Source of the DNA: Laetmonice hystrix
Taxonomy: Eukaryota
Length of the DNA stretch: 64,000 bases
NCBI GenBank assembly: GCA_965235115.1
Contig: OZ249436.1
Span: 29,824,001-29,888,000 of the forward strand
Reading direction: 5' to 3'
The position numbers were made by a program, and so were the translations under genes. A model generated the notes under the pieces. That model searched no databases and had not been told where the DNA came from. It saw only the letters and a list, made by a program, of their open reading frames with translations. How positions within the stretch are numbered: the first letter of the stretch is position 1; each line of letters opens with the position of its first letter. Below, piece by piece: positions 51,327 to 64,000 of the stretch.

Positions 51327-54263
51327 ATGGCTAACATGGACAAGTTCGATGAAGTGGCCTTCGAAAGAGCCAGAGGGGCCCAGAATCCAAAGCAATCCTT
51401 TTCCGAACGAATGCAGTATTACGACACTTGGGCATCTGAGGAGACATACGACATCGTACGCATGTTTAGGAGCCTACATAATTAGAGTAATTCAAAATTA
51501 ATTTAGTTCTGAAACCACACATTTTATAAAGTGTAAATAGAATATTATATTTAAAATTCTGTTTCTAGCATCTGGCGCCCACTAACTATCGTGGACCCAC
51601 ACTCTGTGCAGCTGCTATTGAAGATTATATGCCCACAACGAAGGAAATGCATATCCTTGACATAGGAGCGGGCACTGGACGCGTGGGAACGGAAGTACGT
51701 ATAAAGCCATAGAATATCCACCAAACTATATTGACCGTCAGAAAATTAGTTCACCAGACAGGACGCTTGGGTATCCATGCATGGCGATGTTGATTCACAG
51801 GCTTTTTGTTAATGTTTGTTGAAAGTCCAAGATAGCATACCTTCTTCATATTACAATCTCATGTTATTTAAAACAGTGCAATTGTAACTTAGAGGTTGGG
51901 TTTCAGAGAAATGTTCTCTATGTTTCTCTTCTGCGTTCATGCACATATGAACACCCAGAATTATATAAAGAACCGATCTATGTCGCATTATTACTGATTT
52001 TGTAAAAATGATGTTCTATTGGTTAAGAACAAAGCTTGAACAGTCAGGTAGAAGGCGCCGTAATCGTCCATCCAACAAAAAATGTGACATACAGTAGACT
52101 TTGCATATAACGTACTGATTGGGACCAGAGATTTGTGTTTGTTATATGCGAAGTCTGTTATACGCATAGATCTATACAGTAATATTTGTATTATCGTTCG
52201 ACGGGACCGGGACTTCCAGTTTCAGTACGTTGTAAGCGACTGTCATGGTATATGCAAGGCCATTATATGGTCTACTGTAGATCGTTTTTCCCGTGTACTC
52301 GTCATATATTTCTAGTTGCTCCAAAATTTGGGTTAAAGTATTACAGAAACGCAGAGAAAATCGCATGTCTCTGTGGACCCCCTCCCCCCACGTCATTGCT
52401 GTAATATCCAATAGGCCGATCGCTAATAAGAGCATGTATCGGGTGGATAAAAAACGCCCCGAACTTTAAACTTTAATACTTCAAAAACTATGCATTCTAA
52501 TTCAATAAAATTTCACTTAATATCACTTCATGATATTATCTCTGGTATGTTAAAGTTTCAGCTCCATAGCTTCGATATTAATCCCGTGGCGCTAAAAACA
52601 AAAATCAGTGTCTAAAAACGCAATGCCGGAATTAGGTCAAATATCATGCAGCTGCCAGGTGTCCAATTTGACACCTGTTTGATGCACCGCATTGTACCTT
52701 GGGTGAAAAATTCAATATCTAGTTTTTGCATGTTTCACAATATGTATAATGTTGTGGACCACTAGATATAATAAAATATGTGCTATTCCTAGTACTTTTA
52801 GAGAAAAACAGATGTTTAATGTGCCAAACCCTACAGAGAAACTGCAACATTAGGACGGTATGACTGTAACGAGAAGTTCAAGGTAAATCGTATCATTATC
52901 ACGTTTAGCAACACGTTCAGAACGTTACGTATTTCTCAATGTTGGGAAGATATTTCCCTATCAGAGATCAGGAACTGCAGTGGCTTATGGAAAAAGAGAC
53001 TGAGAGCAGTATGGAGTGAAAACGGGGGACCGATTGACCACCTACTCTGGTGTGAGGCCAGGGACTCTGGGTGAGACTACAACTCGCTTTAGCCCGGCAT
53101 TGCGCTTTTGTACAATGAATTTTGTTTTTAGCCTCATGGAAACATTATCCAAGCTATTGAGTTGTAACATAAACAATTAAGAGACAACATCATGAAGTGG
53201 GATTAAGAGAACTTTGATTGAATTACAATCATTACTTTTTGAAATATTGAAGTTTAAAGTTCGGGGCGTTTTTTTATCCACCCGATATATTAGCTTATAA
53301 AGCGTGGATACAAGAACATCGAGGCAATTGAACCATCGGAAGGGATGCTGGAAGCTGCCAGAAACAAGAAGATTTACCGTAAACATACTCTCGGTGCATT
53401 CGGAGCCACAAACCCATCTATTGGTGACCGTAAGTATGCGCACCATCAGCAGTCTTCATGTTCGGCACCTAACAAATCTCCCACCGTATCCTGATGACCA
53501 ATTCAGCCAACCTATAAACCAATATATTAACCAAAAATTTGTTTAAATTGATCAACGTATTTTAGATAATAATCTAACAAATCTGGATTGTTAAAAAAAA
53601 CTACCAGAACTAGATTATTTTAACCAAGATCTCGGTCGGACACATAATCTACCATCTAGACTGGTTAAATTTAACCATTATCCAATATCTATATCTCTAT
53701 CATACCCAGAGGTCTGATTTCTGCCGATTATATGTCTCTCAGGTTCCTACGATGCGCTGGTCTGTTCGGGCGTTTTCCTGGAAGGCCACCTTCCATGCAA
53801 GGCTCTACGAGAGATGGCTCGAATTATTAAAACCAGGTTTGTCGTGCGTTTTTCTTTTTAAGGATGGTTCCTTTAGATGATGCAAGTATTAATATATGTG
53901 TAAAGTTTGCGAATGATTATGATATACATGTAGGCCGTTTTGACAAAAAAGTTCATGGTCTACAAACGGGAAGTTTTTTTTTTAATAAAAATAATTTTCT
54001 AAATAAAAATTGTTGAAATGAAAACAGATGAAGTATAATCATGAGCACAAATATTCATTCTTCCAGGCGGTTTGATTGTGATTGTCTTTCGCGAAAAGGT
54101 TCTGGAGCAGGTGGAAGAATACCGCGGCCGCCTGGAACCGATGATGAAAGAAATGCAAGCGGAAGGAGTTTGGGAACTCTTGGAAAGATCTGTGAAACCC
54201 ATGTACTTTTTGGACATGAATGGCGTCCTATATGTCTTTAAAGTTAACGAGGAAAACAACTAA
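51327..54263 (+). pseudogene. METTL27: METTL27/WBSCR27-like methyltransferase copy B with +1 frameshift (pseudogene or sequencing error)
   Basis: Exons 51327-51455, 51569-51694, 53294-53429, 53743-53836, 54067-54263. Exon 4 is 94 nt vs 93 nt in copy A (attattaaaaccag vs attactaaaccag). Confidence 0.75.
52439..53285. mobile_element. Tc1/mariner-like MITE, copy B counterpart of 22233-23080
   Basis: Same TIRs and TA flanks. Confidence 0.85.
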
Positions 54264-57200
54264 TTAAGAATAAGATTGAATATTTTAACCAGCAGCCGAT
54301 TTCGCCATATGGCACTACTTGATGTACTATAGTTTCTGTTAGAAGATGGGAAGCAGCGGTATCAATTTCGAATGAATTGTTCAGATTTCTAAAATGATGT
54401 TATCATGTATGTAATATAGTAAACTTAGAGATACAAATGCAAAATTGATTGATACCCGTAGGGGAGGTATATGTAAAATATCTCCACCTATATGTAAAAA
54501 AAATTACCGACGAATATAAAATTGAGAAATTAACAGCTGGTTCATGCGGCCATAAAAATACATTATTATAAATTAATAGAACTTTCTTGGGTTCACTGCT
54601 ATCACACTTGCTTTTACAGATTCTTGTCCCCGCGCGCGTCACCTTAAAACCCCCGCGTCAAGTCTTTTTTTTCTAAATCTGACTGCTTCATATGGTGGGC
54701 AGTGTAGCACTGTGACAGAACGTCGCAATGGTTCTTTGGCGTTGGCGTTTTCCTGTTAGTCTTATTGCTTTTTATGTGAGTTTTACACATTCTTTAACGA
54801 AAACAATGAACATCATTGCATTAGTTTTTCTTCAAGATTGTCTGGTTGCATCCATAAAAAAAGGAAAGATGAAAAAAAAACGCGTCACCGCACCATTTTT
54901 TTATATGAAAGGACAAGAAACGAAATCTTCAGTTTTCTGCTTTCCTGCTCACCACTGACGTACTTTGGCACTGATTGTTTTTCATATTGATTCTGTTAAC
55001 ACATACTACGAGTAGACAGCTGTGAAATTCTCTCTAATGTGGAAAAATGAATAAAACTAGCTTCAGTGTCCGCAAAGTGCGGTGAATCCGCCATCTAAGT
55101 AAATAACAAATAGATAAATAAAAAATAAATAAATAAGTAAATAACAAATCTATAGAACTATAATGGCCCATCCGCTGATCGTGTGAAAAAGGTGCAAAAC
55201 ACAGCCGGCTGCAAATCCCGGGGTCTCGGAATCTAAGTGTGTAATTTTCAGTGACTGAATTAAGACTAGGGCTGGGCAGTCTCGTGTCCTGGATATGCAA
55301 ATGACGTAAAATAGCCTCAAACCACTTGCGCTTTGGGGACAAACAATGTGACGTCACAAATTGCCCATAGGTTTAACATAGGCTCAGTAACAACAATTTC
55401 TAAAATCAGGTTGTAGTGTAAAAAATTAAACTTCTTACATGTAAAATGTACCTTTTAATTCAGTAAACTTGTTAGTTAATCATATTTGTAAAGCTCAAGA
55501 CTCAAAGTGCTCTCATTGGGGAGCAAAAATATTTTGAAGTTGACAGTCGCTGGTCCCTATGGGCGTAGCAATGCTAAGCTGACGAGACTATCCTCTGTTT
55601 ATCCCCATTCTCGCATGTTTGCCTATCTAGGACACGAGAACTGGCCAGCCCTATTAATAATTGGCGATTTCTTTTTTTTTACAAAATACCAGCCAAAGGT
55701 ACATGAACATGTAGGGGACCTTTGGGGCATATCGGAGAACCGCTTTGTAGACATATTTTTGCTAAAACACGACGTATTATTTGAAATTCGTGACATATTA
55801 CCTTTAAACCATCTCCCAATGGGGGAGTCTCAGAACTAATCCGACAAGTGGCGCTGTCAGGAACTACGCCATGCAGTAGGCCTGGCTAGGCTTGGCTCAG
55901 CCTGGCTGGAGGCTCTGCTGAACCACACGTTAGCTTATCACAGATTGTGAGCATAGTAGCAACCATTAACAGAAGAAGCATCACGACATCGAGACATAGA
56001 AGATTGTCCTAAGTCTGAATAGACGAACTGAAGGTCTTTTAGCAGCCTAGACGTCTAGGCTATATTGCGGCACAATCAAATCACGTGGTCAAAACACTGT
56101 CCCTGCTCACTGCCGACAGTACCCTATGGGCGTAGACTAAAGATAATAGACAAGTCTTCAGTTCTGTACGAGGGGTATTTCATGAAATATCACATTTCAG
56201 ATACCTACGCCACGTTAGGTGTTCATTTGCATGTTATTCCAATAGTTACAAAAGTTGAAGTGACAGCTGGAACTCCGCCATTTTGAATGTCACTCGGAAC
56301 ACCGACGCTGCTTCTGATTGGTTCTGACAATAGGTCTAGCCTAGAACCGGTAACATTGATACAAATAATGGTTTTTAAAATTTTTGTCATCTTTCAAATT
56401 AGGTATCTTTTGATGTCGAAAACAAAAGAGACATAATGTCTGCACTTTTCACGATGTCTGAATATTACAAACGACCCGAAAGAAGTGTAGGCCTAATCGT
56501 GGCTTGATGGCAGCCACCCTATCCTTTACAATAGCAACCTCGTTTTTGGATGGCTTAGTTGGTGGAAGCGCCACCTTCCGAGTGTTTTGGCGTACCCTAT
56601 TAACAGAAATGCCATGTTTCACCAACGAGACTAGACTATAGACTCGATCGTTGGTTTCGACGAATAGGGCCTAGGTGGCCATGTTGGGGGTGGGGTGGGG
56701 TGGGATGGGGGTGGGGGCACTCGGAACACCGACGCTGCTTCTGATTGGCTGTTTCTAGGTCATATCCAGAGGCAAAGCAAGCCTCGGATGTATGAAGCCG
56801 CCATTTCCCCAGAATTTGCGCAAACCCCAGTGAAGCGGCATCGCGCATGAACACAGAGTAAATAGTCGACCCCTACGCACAGGCACATAGGCCTAGTTCA
56901 AATAGGCCTATAATTTCTCAGCAATACTATCCTTCTCGAAATTTCTATCGTGGAGCCAAAGCAGTCTCTTCTTTACCTGGGAGGAAAACCAGATATATTC
57001 TGACTCTGTAAAGTCCGACACAGGGGAGTTCTACACTTTCGGCACGGCGGCAGCGTGCGAGTTTGTTGTTTACATCCGGGTCAGTGGTCCCGACCTAGCC
57101 ACCCACCCACCCCACCCCCCAGCATGGCGACCTTCGTCGTACAGCCGAGATATGACGCGAGTCAATCGTGGGTGAGCCGAGTGGGGGTGGGGGTGGCAAG

Positions 57201-60200
57201 GTCGGGATCTGTGGCCCTGGATGTAGACAACCGCCAACTGAAAGTCCTATACGGTGACGCCGTGCCGAAAATGGAACACTTTCCACTTAATTAGCCTGTG
57301 TCGGAATTTACAGAGTTAGAATATCTGGTTTGCTCACAGGTAAAGGAGAGACTGCTTTGCCTCTACGGTAAAATTTCGAGAAGGATAGGTAGGCTAAGTT
57401 GAGAAATTAGATTAGAACTAGCCTATGTGCCTGTGTGTAGGGGGGAAATTCGACTGTTAATTTACTGCTCATCGCTACATCCGTGATGCCGCTTTACGAC
57501 TTTGCAGAAATCCTGGAGAAATGGCCACTTCATACATCCGAGGCCTGCTTTGCCTCCGGATACGACCTAGAAACAGCCAATCAGAAGCAGTGGTGTGCTG
57601 AGTGAGCCAGACCAGCCAGCAAAGATACAGCCTTGATCATCACGCCCTCTGTTGGCAGAGAGACGGCGTCCCAGTCTGGCAAAGATGCAACTCATGCTGT
57701 CTCCTCGATAGATGGCGTGCCTGTGTACAAAACAGTCTGCGTGGCAGACGGGACCACTGAGAGAGGTGTGTCAGCATGTGACCAAAAAAAGACGGCTCCG
57801 ATTGGCAACTCTCTCGTCGGGAAGTGTGACCTCACTGAGCGAAGGACGGTCGACGGTGTTGTGTTGAAAGAAACCGAAGTCCATTTTTGGCCTAGAAATC
57901 TTGCCTAATTCACTGTTTTCATTCATCGGTCCGAGCCCAAACAGCAGCCATGACGAGCACGGGTTCTGATACAGACTGTTTGAACAGGACACGGTTGCTG
58001 CAAACCTGTTACTTGCCCCCACCCCCATAAAATAATTGCCATCAATATTCTCCCCCCTCCCAAAGAATGGATCTCATCCAACTTCATCAGAGAACGACGA
58101 CATCTGCCTGTCTCAGGCGGCGGTATCATATTTCAAAATAACACCAACTGGGGGGCATTTTTTCACTCAATTCTTTAAATTTGCGTTGCTTGAAGAGGGG
58201 CGTGAATTCACCGGTGACGTTTCTGCGCATAACGAGTCTTGGCTCTTCTCCGATGAACCTTTCATATTTTTTTAGCGATTTGATTGTTAGCCGCTACTGT
58301 AGGCTACTAATACATCTTCATCACTAAAAAGAAGGAAAATATAGCGGACTGACCCCCTGGCCCTCTGGACCCCCACTATGTTTGGCCGGCGACATGCAGA
58401 GACCGGAGGGCTTTTAGGCCTACATTCTTGGTCTAACCTTAGAAACTGCCTTAGGGACATTGACGCCATATCGTAATGGGTGCAGTTCTTGACAATCAAA
58501 ATCTAAAATATGGACACTATATATGTAGGGTAGATTCAGGTTGACCGAGACAGCAGGTTGACCGAGACACCTAAGCAAAGACGCCTTAAAGTGTAATAAG
58601 GATAAGGATACTTTTTTTTTTCGAAAGAGCATCGTTGAAACTTCTTGTAAATCATCCTCTGCAAGCTTTGTGAAAATAAAAAGCTTTTTATTAAATATAC
58701 CCACATTTATATCTCCATATCCTATGACAGTCTTGGAATCTCACTCATCCTCGGCAATCTTCGGTAAACTCCGGTGTGTGACGTGTCAACATGTGCAGAG
58801 CCGCCATTATGACTGTGACCGTAGTAGGCTAAAGTCGGCCGTGTGTTGTTTTCGGGATATGCCTTACATGATCATCCTCAAATTCCATTGCCATGGAGGT
58901 AAATCCAGGTGTCAAGGACAATGAGTGGAGTAAACGAGTAAATAGATGGCGGTGTGCCGCAATGTTGTGGTATAGAGAAGCATGGACAATCATGTGGGCG
59001 TGTATCGTTGGCCAAACAGGACCGGTCTCCCGTCAGCCGGTCAGGCTCAGGCACAAAACTTGTGAACAGGACCATTAGGCTACTGGACCAAGGTCCAAGC
59101 AGTCTGTCCTAACATGTTAACCCAAGAGTAAACGACCAAGGCAAGCAGAAAACTAGATACGTTGTGGTGATACCACAATGGATCCCATCCCCGCGGTGTC
59201 CCGTCCAACATGTTAAGAGAAGCGATAACAATGGTGCTATCATGCACCCGTGACGACGTATAAGTCTTAGACGATGCAAATTATGTCATTATGACAAGTG
59301 AAAGAGCATATGTAACTTCCTATTAGTGTTTAATAGGTCCAAGCAGTCTGTCCTAACATGTTAACCCAAGAGTAAACGACCAAGGCAAGCAGAAAACTAG
59401 ATACGTTGTGGTGATACCACAATGGATCCCATCCCCGCGGTGTCCCGTCCAACATGTTAAGAGAAGCGATAACAATGGTGCTATCATGCACCCGTGACGA
59501 CGTATAAGTCTTAGACGATGCAAATTATGTCATTATGACAAGTGAAAGAGCATATGTAACTTCCTATTAGTGTTTAATGGTAACTCTGGCTCTAACTTCA
59601 ACCATTTACAAGTTATATCCCTGAGAAAGTATGGTTGACATCGTTATGACGTCACAGGTCACGTGACCTGTAAAATAATGGTGCCAAATAAAAGGGCATA
59701 TAGGACTTCCTATTCGTCTTCAATAGTAACTATGGCCCTATCTGGCACTGTTTAGAAGTTGTAGCCATAAATAGCTAAACTGACCACTGTTGAAGACTTC
59801 AAGGTCACGTGATTCATCGAATATAGTTCAAATCGCTTATCCCTGGATGATTCTATTAAAGCACTTGTTAAAGAGTGTTCCCGCCTAATATTGTCAAATT
59901 TTACCAAAAAATGAAGAAGAAGAAGAAGAAGAAGAAGAAGAAGAAGAAGAAGAAGAAGAAGAAGAAGAAGAAGAAGCGATTTAACCAATTTGTAAGGTGA
60001 GGCCCAGTTTTCCCAAAGGTCAAAGGTCAAAGGTCCAATGAAGGCTCAATTTTAAGTATGACCCATGCCTAATTTTAGCACCATGATGGGTTTTGGAAAT
60101 ACTCAATATGCGCTTAAAAATGGCCTCAATGTACAAATCACGTACATGACGTCATGACTGAATGTATGACCTGTCTTTGTCATGGTCAAGGTGTGTATTC

Positions 60201-60511
60201 ATAAACTGTCGGAACCCATTCCTTTACTCCCAGTGTATCATTTGGCCGCTAGGTGCTAGTCTGTTATATCCCGCTAGGCGGCGCTTTTGTCCAATAGTTT
60301 TGCCATTAAAAGCTCTAAACCGGAAGCGGTGAGCACGTTGCCGGACAACTCAACAATCGGATGTGTTTGCCTTCTTTTCTAACGTTGGAGTGGACATTTG
60401 GTGCCGTCAAGACCAGGATTCCGATCTTACTATCTGGATTTATCTAACTATTGTGCTGTGGTACATCAGACTATATTTTGCGGACTACTCCAACGTGCAT
60501 TCGTGTGAACT

Positions 60512-62011
60512 ATGGACATGATGGATCAGGGTGAACATCTCAAGCGGCGACGTGCCGGCCATAAGGGCTTCATAACCAGACAGATCAACAACGCTCAGGA
60601 CGGAAATCAGGGAGAGGTCCAGCTAAGTGACTTGATTAACTCCATACGCGTCCATCTACGAACTGTCAATGAACTGTCAGACGAACTATTGAACGTCTGT
60701 GACGCAAACTCTGTAGAAACTGAGGTCTTAAACTCGTCAGAATATGACTTTGAGGTCAACTCCCAAATCAAACAGCTGGAACGAAAACTACATGAACTTA
60801 GCATCAGTGATGTCCCAGGTCAGCTGAATCGGCCCACCGTTATCAACACGGCAACGTCAACCACGGTAACACCATCTAATGTGTCCAACTATCTGAATCA
60901 GTCAAATCTACTCGTGCCTTCTACATCTGCTGATGGTGTTACAACTGCAGCAACGTCGACAGTCAACACTGTGACATGTACTGGGATGACACCAACTACA
61001 ACACCTCTGCTGACTGGTCATACCGGAGGACAACACAGACAGAGTGTGAATCTCGGGGTGAGTTACCAACATTTATCTCCCCCTTCATCGGATGTGGACC
61101 CTGCCATGGTTGCCCTGGGTACATCCTTAGCTGAGTTTGATCTGTTTGCGCCACCACCTCCTCAACAACATACCCCGCTGTCATCAAGTCAGCCTTTACA
61201 AGCTCGAAATGTTACTGCATCTACCTACAATATTCGGTTACCAAGATTGGAAATGCCAAAATTTGATGGATCGCCGATCAAATGGCAGACGTTTCGGGAC
61301 TCATATCTTCCAAACATCCACATCAATCTTCAGATTCATGAGAGTGAGAAGTTCACAAGGCTGCTAGAAGGTGAAGCTCTTGAGTTGAGTTGCTGCTCGA
61401 GCGCTTCGGACGCGCACATATTGTGATATGTGCACACAATCAAGCACTTGTGTCGATGGGTGCCCCAACAGAAGATCTTTCATCATTGTCTGCATTTTAT
61501 GATGACATGGAGACCCACATTCGAGGCCTGGAGGCACTGGGACAGACCCAAGATCAGCTTGGTACATTGCTGATATCAATTATTCTCAGTAAACTGCCGC
61601 CAAGTGTCATACAGAACATCACTAGAACCAACGGAGGGTCTGAATGATCACAGAGAAACTGAGTGCACTGAAGTCAAGGACGTCACCCGTCGGAACCAGA
61701 TTGTGCGAGAGAAAGGACTTTGTTTCAATTGTCTAAAGAGCAACCACAAACTAACTGACTGTAAATCAAAGTACTCGTGTCGGTGCTGTAAACGAAGGCA
61801 CCATTCTTCCTTGTGTCGATCTGGGAATCATGACAATTCTGAGGCAGCCAGCGCACCTTCCTATGTTGCACCAAGTCAAGTTACTGCACAACAAAGGGTT
61901 GCTAGCCCCACTTCTGACCCTCAACACATTGGTATCAGTCCTGTAGAATCAAAGTCCAGTGACAAGCCACAACTACCAAGTCCCAATAACAAAAGTGAAG
62001 AAGCCATAAAT
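60512..62011 (+). pseudogene. gag: BEL/Pao gag (DUF1759-type region plus Zn knuckles), frameshifted and partly deleted
   Basis: LKRRRAGHKGFITR, RLPRLEMPKFDGSPIKWQTFRDSY, LLERFG, HIRGLEALG, ILSKLP, CFNCLKSNHKLTDC, CRCCKRRHHSSLC, spread over several frames. Confidence 0.9.
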
Positions 62012-62751
62012 CCGAGCTCGGCGCCAAAGAGCCGGGATCATTTATGGAGGAGAAACGAGGGGTTTGCGTAGGTATATTAGTATAGGTACTCGCACATATG
62101 TATCTAGGACCCATGTCGTGTGCTCAGTATGTATTGTCAAGGAAATGTAAACAATAGCTGTACTCCCGTTAACCACCATCTTGGTTCTCGCCTCTCGCGC
62201 GGTCTGGGTCGGAAATGACGAAGGCGACTTGGGAGACGATCCGGAGGGTATAAATACAACCGAGCAGAAGAGTCGAGTTCTCTACCTTTGGAAGCTTCGT
62301 GGCAATCAGACGGCCCACCTCCGCCCCGACTCCTCCATGTTTCAACGCCTTTGCCTGGGTTAAATTATGTTTTTATGTAGACCTACTGGGTTTGGCTTGG
62401 GGTCAGCATGGCTGCCCGAGTTTTTTTTCTCAGTTTGGTTGGATAGGGATGTATTTAGGTTCCTGGATGTTGTGGGCATTGTCTCCACCTAATAAGGCAT
62501 TACTATACCTATATCTATGTATTTTGGACTATGTATTTCCATATAATGTATTATCGGTTATGTATTATATTACTATAGTATTGTTATGTTGTTACATATA
62601 TCAGTTACACCTTATATAGATTTATCATTTACCATATTATAATGTTTGTAGAGTCCCCCATTGCATGGGGTGATCGACGGGTTACTATGTATGTGAATAA
62701 AATGTAACCTACAGCAAAGCATTCCCGTTCTCCGAGTTTGACTGCATAAAT
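62012..62751 (+). mobile_element. 740-bp LTR-like insertion lacking TG..CA, flanked by CATAAAT direct repeats (candidate tyrosine-recombinase retroelement derivative)
   Basis: cataaat at 62005-62011 and 62745-62751. Internal TATAAATA (~62249) and AATAAA (~62696). Removal restores EEAIN|VLTAPTTQGVLL in frame. Confidence 0.7.
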
Positions 62752-64000
62752 GTTCTTACTGCTCCAACTACTCAAGGTGTGTTGCTATGTACGGTTATAG
62801 CGAAAGTGCGATGCGGAAACGAGGTTTGTGAGGCTAAACTGTTGTTTGACCAAGGTGCTCAACGCAGTTTCTTTCTTTCTTCAAAATCTATGGAGGGTCC
62901 AGGATCTGAAATGGGATGACCTGATTCCAGAACAGTTACAAAAGGATTGGGAAATACTGCAACAAGATCTGGAACTAGCAACCACGTTACAGCTGCCAAG
63001 ACCATTCTTCAAGTGCAATAAGGTTGCCATGGACAAAATCTCACTACACATATTTGTCGACGCTTCTCCGAGAGCATATGGTACAGCAGCATACCTTGTG
63101 AGCGGTGGAAAATCTGTACTTATCTTGGCGAAAAGTCGAGTTGCACCGTTGAAAGAGCTCTCATTACCGAGACTGGAATTGATGGCCGCCGTTTTGGGAG
63201 CACGTCTTTACAGTCATCTCAAACGGATTATCCAACCTGCTAGTGCACACTTGTGGTCTGACAGTCAAATTGTTCTATCTTGGTTGTCAATTGACAGAAA
63301 GCTGGAAAATTTCACTCGAAACAGAGTAAAGGAGATCAAGCGACTCTCTAAAGGCCAACACACACACTGCAATTACCCGTCGCACGACGGTCTCACGACG
63401 GTCTCACGACGGTCCGTCGCTATGGCAATGAGTGGCCTGCAACAGCCTGCGACGGTCGCAGACGTTCTGACAGTGCCAGAACCGCTGCGACCGTCGCAAG
63501 ACTCCATTCCGTCCTGTATAGATGAGCGCGGGTCAAAAACTGGGTCACGACGGTCGCGTCGCAAGGAGTTGCAAGGAGTTGCAAGCAGTCGCAGTGTGTG
63601 TGTTGGCCTTTAAGGGGTTGACTTCCATTACTGCCCTAGTGAGTGCAATCCAAGTGATCTTCTTACTAGAGGCATTCCGGCAAAAAGGTTCTTCAACAAC
63701 GACCTTTGGTTCCATGGACCATCTTGGATGGAACATCCACCTGAAGATTGGCCCAAGACTCCAGCAACTTTATCCACTATTCAGTTGATAGCATTTTCAG
63801 AGGCCATAGTCAACACGGATGATGGAAAGGATGAGGAAAGCACTGCACTGGATCTGCTTAGTGTGTTAATCTCCAAAACCAACAGTTTTGTGCGCCTACA
63901 ACGTACTATAGCCATCATGCTACGCTTTGTCAACAATGCAAGAAACAAAGCAAGGAAGTCCGGTCCTATCACCATACTGGAGCTGCGGAGTGCAGAAAAG
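62752..64000 (+). pseudogene. pol: BEL/Pao pol remnant: protease N-terminus joined to RNase H region (RT deleted)
   Basis: VLLCTV...LLFDQGAQRSF followed immediately, in a shifted frame, by LQNLW...WDD, LHIFVDASPRAYG, AKSRVAPLKELSLPRLELMAA, WSDSQIVLSW, NRVKEI, HYCPSECNPSDLLTRG, WFHGPSW. Confidence 0.9.
63352..63609. mobile_element. PIF/Harbinger (Tourist-like) MITE in BEL pol
   Basis: Perfect TIR aggccaacacacacactgc / gcagtgtgtgtgttggcct with flanks TAA/TTA. Removal restores KRLSKGVDFHYCP. Confidence 0.88.

Larger units (their letters stand above)
48844..60206 (+). repeat. Segmental duplication, copy B
   Basis: Starts tgcccatctgtttctcggaattggggg (= 2211). Ends at ...attcataaac (= 31059), where the BEL LTR is inserted. 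Confidence 0.95.
60207..64000 (+). mobile_element. BEL/Pao LTR retrotransposon, internally deleted, running off the window
   Basis: 5' LTR TG...CA 60207-60396. PBS tggtgccgtcaagaccaggat (tRNA-His-like) at 60399. Empty site in copy A at 31059/31060. gag, protease start and RNase H domains follow. Confidence 0.92.

Overview
Repeat-dense animal genomic DNA with spliceosomal introns and no prokaryotic features (an invertebrate is inferred from the element families). The only host gene is a 5-coding-exon class I SAM-dependent methyltransferase (METTL27/WBSCR27-like, 226 aa). It occurs twice in a near-identical direct duplication: copy A ~2211-31059 and copy B ~48844-60206. Copy A is intact; copy B has a +1 frameshift in exon 4. 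Comparing the copies exposes empty and filled insertion sites. In copy A the probable first intron holds a 16.8-kb Helentron/Helitron2-type element with insertions nested four levels deep (hAT-like > Gypsy > LTR-like element and MITE). Its own ~6-kb core is strand-skewed, rich in minisatellites, and bracketed by an antisense TATA/octamer promoter and a polyA signal. Between the copies lie a decayed Polinton/Maverick (major capsid protein and protein-primed PolB), an EnSpm-like accessory-gene remnant, and an ~8.6-kb inverted array of non-autonomous Helentron (HINE/DINE-1-like) units. Copy B is cut at 60207 by an RT-deleted BEL/Pao retrotransposon carrying two further insertions. All assignments come from reading the sequence by eye; no database searches were run.
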